Positions 62,539 through 64,000 of a DNA stretch of 64,000 bases are shown piece by piece. Numbering within the stretch: position 1 is the first letter of the stretch; every line of letters begins with the position of its first letter. The notes beneath the pieces were generated by a model. The model was not told the origin of the DNA. It was given only the letters and a program-made list of their open reading frames with translations, and did no database searches. This DNA is from Hydrolagus affinis (lineage: Eukaryota): NCBI GenBank assembly GCA_012026655.1, contig JAAILG010000015.1, positions 124,001-188,000 of the forward strand, given 5' to 3'. The translations under genes and the position numbers were made by a program.

Positions 62539-62578
62539 GAGTTCTGACGAAGGATTGTGGACCCCGAAACATTAACTC
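62539..62578 (+). ncRNA. Minimal type I hammerhead ribozyme motif (decayed)
   Basis: GAGUU-CUGACGA-aggauuguggacccc-GAAA-CA-UU^-AACUC: stem I GAGUU/AACUC perfect, conserved CUGANGA and GAAA boxes, stem III ACAU (probable CpG decay of ACGU), stem II mismatched. Confidence 0.75.
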
Positions 62579-63339
62579 ACTTTTCTTTTCTCCATAGATG
62601 CTGCCTGACCCGCTGAGTTTCCCAGTGATTTCTGTTTTTGTTTCAGATTTCCAGCATCTGCAGTATTTTGCGTTTGCTTTTAGCACAAAAACCTTGGTCA
62701 CTCAATCCACGATTGTTTGTGGGACACTAATGTGCGCAATTGCCTGCTGCATATCACTTTTCAGTATATTCTGTAAAGCGCTTGCTATTATTAGTCAAAC
62801 CAATAGAAGTTTGACTCTGAATCCTTTCGATACATTATTGGACAGAAACAAAGTTAATATTCCAACACATCTGAAAATTATGTGTATATAAATATAATCT
62901 TGAGCAAATTGCATCAATATGTAGGGCTCCTAAAATGCCCCCTTGATTTTGCCAGGAGCTGAATTTCCACAGATTAAACAGAAAATCTCCCGAGTCACAA
63001 TGTTCCAGCTGCTATTTCACTCATGGAAAACACTGTCATAACTCACCCTTGGGAAAAGCATGCTTTAACTTACAAAGATTGGCGATGTGCTCTGTATACC
63101 TGTCAGGGAAAAGTTATTGCAAAATCCTGGGAGTACTTCATGGGTGGAATTTCACTCCCTCAGCACCACACATCGTTGCTTTAATTCTTTTTAGTGAAGA
63201 TGCAATAGGTACAGTGCACATTATTGCAGCAAAAGTATTTTCGCTCTGTTTGCCCCATTAACACCAGTGTCACGCAGTAACAAGGAAAAGACAAAGACGA
63301 TTTCCTATGGTGCAAGTGGGCTTTGGACGTGCAGTGTTA

Positions 63340-63800
63340 ACAGAAGCACCCAAGAGGTAACAAGCACCATTCTGGTATTTCTTTCCTGAGCTGTGCTAAT
63401 GTAAAGTGAAAACGGCGGCACAACTCCCTGATCCCGACAGAGTCACTGAAGATGTATTTTGAACTCGAAGATTGAATTGCGGGCACATGTGTACGCAGCC
63501 TCGCTGGCTTCCAATTCCAACCGGTTCAAAAGATTGTTGGATGTTTCAATTTTGCCCCAAACGAGGAAAATGATTTCCTAGTCTTTTGAAACTTTCTTTC
63601 TACGCATAAATATGGCTGACTTTTTTGTAAGATTGTCCTGGACATCACTTCGTGCAACGCACTAGAAGTGGCGTCAGTGGTGCTGCCTGCACAGAGCACG
63701 CAGTTAATGAAGACCTCATTCTCGACCTTACCACCTGAAAGTTAGCCAATTATGAAGTCGGCCGTTACTGAAGTCGAAATGATTGCTGGAAACTGGAATG
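63340..63800 (-). mobile_element. Degenerate repeat related to 6790-7325
   Basis: caaacgaggaaaatga and agccaattatgaagtcgg...gtcgaaatgatt are reverse complements of blocks in 6880-7045. Confidence 0.45.
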
Positions 63801-63914
63801 AAATAAAGGCCAAATAAATGTCATAATTCCAAAGAAATTTAAACTGAAAACAGCGTCCTCATTACTCAGAGGCTTGTCCAATGATATCATTATAAAATAC
63901 CTGAAACAGCTATT

Positions 63915-64000
63915 ATTAATAATAATCCTTACATTTGATATTACATCCCATCATGTTGGGAAGATATCTTTATACGCTTCACTGGATTTATAGTAAAGTG
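63915..64000 (-). mobile_element. SINE 3' end (continues beyond window)
   Basis: taataataatccttacatttgatattacatcccatcatgttgggaagatatctttatacgcttcac. Confidence 0.7.

Larger units (their letters stand above)
62428..62694. mobile_element. Fold-back Penelope-pLTR-like element with ~100-bp inverted arms
   Basis: 62432-62532 is an imperfect reverse complement of 62540-62640 with loop gacttgg; extra 3' segment tttcagatttccagcatctgcagtattttgc; flanking agcaaaaaaacct / agcacaaaaacct. Confidence 0.88.
62250..62792 (+). mobile_element. tRNA-derived SINE (long form) split by an insertion at 62440-62694
   Basis: Head/core 62250-62427 (cactcacctcgcaagag...ggcaactttccttactccgcacacttctgtttacctagcaataggaaggaacccagttgttgg) resumes at ~62694 (ttggtcactcaatccacgattgtttgtgggacac...gtaaagcgct). 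Confidence 0.88.

Noticed and set aside
62655-62693. V(D)J recombination signal (ACAAAAACC nonamer)
   Set aside because: No CACAGTG heptamer at 12 or 23 bp; the heptamers checked elsewhere lack nonamers and no Ig/TCR segments were seen
1-64000. CRISPR array or prokaryotic operon
   Set aside because: No regularly spaced repeat-spacer units or dense ORFs; the repeats are dispersed vertebrate retroposons

Overview
AT-rich vertebrate genomic DNA with no recognisable intact protein-coding gene; it reads as a large intron or gene desert. It is dominated by interspersed repeats: a tRNA-derived SINE family with an L2-type tail and (TTA)n end, older SacSINE1/Deu-domain-like SINEs, LF-SINE-like relics, many L2 and CR1 LINE fragments, a decayed intron-containing Harbinger (HARBI1-type) transposase and MITE-like inverted repeats. 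This repeat mix suggests a cartilaginous fish, possibly a holocephalan (inference from recalled consensus sequences, not a search). The most notable element is a ~250-bp fold-back at 62428-62694 carrying two oppositely oriented minimal type I hammerhead-ribozyme motifs (Penelope pLTR-like). It is inserted into a SINE with an apparent 13-bp target-site duplication, and a one-armed relative lies at ~55120-55280. Almost all ORF-track entries are spurious or repeat-derived; a few orphan exon-like segments and enhancer/CTCF-like islands are flagged at low confidence. Repeat boundaries are approximate.
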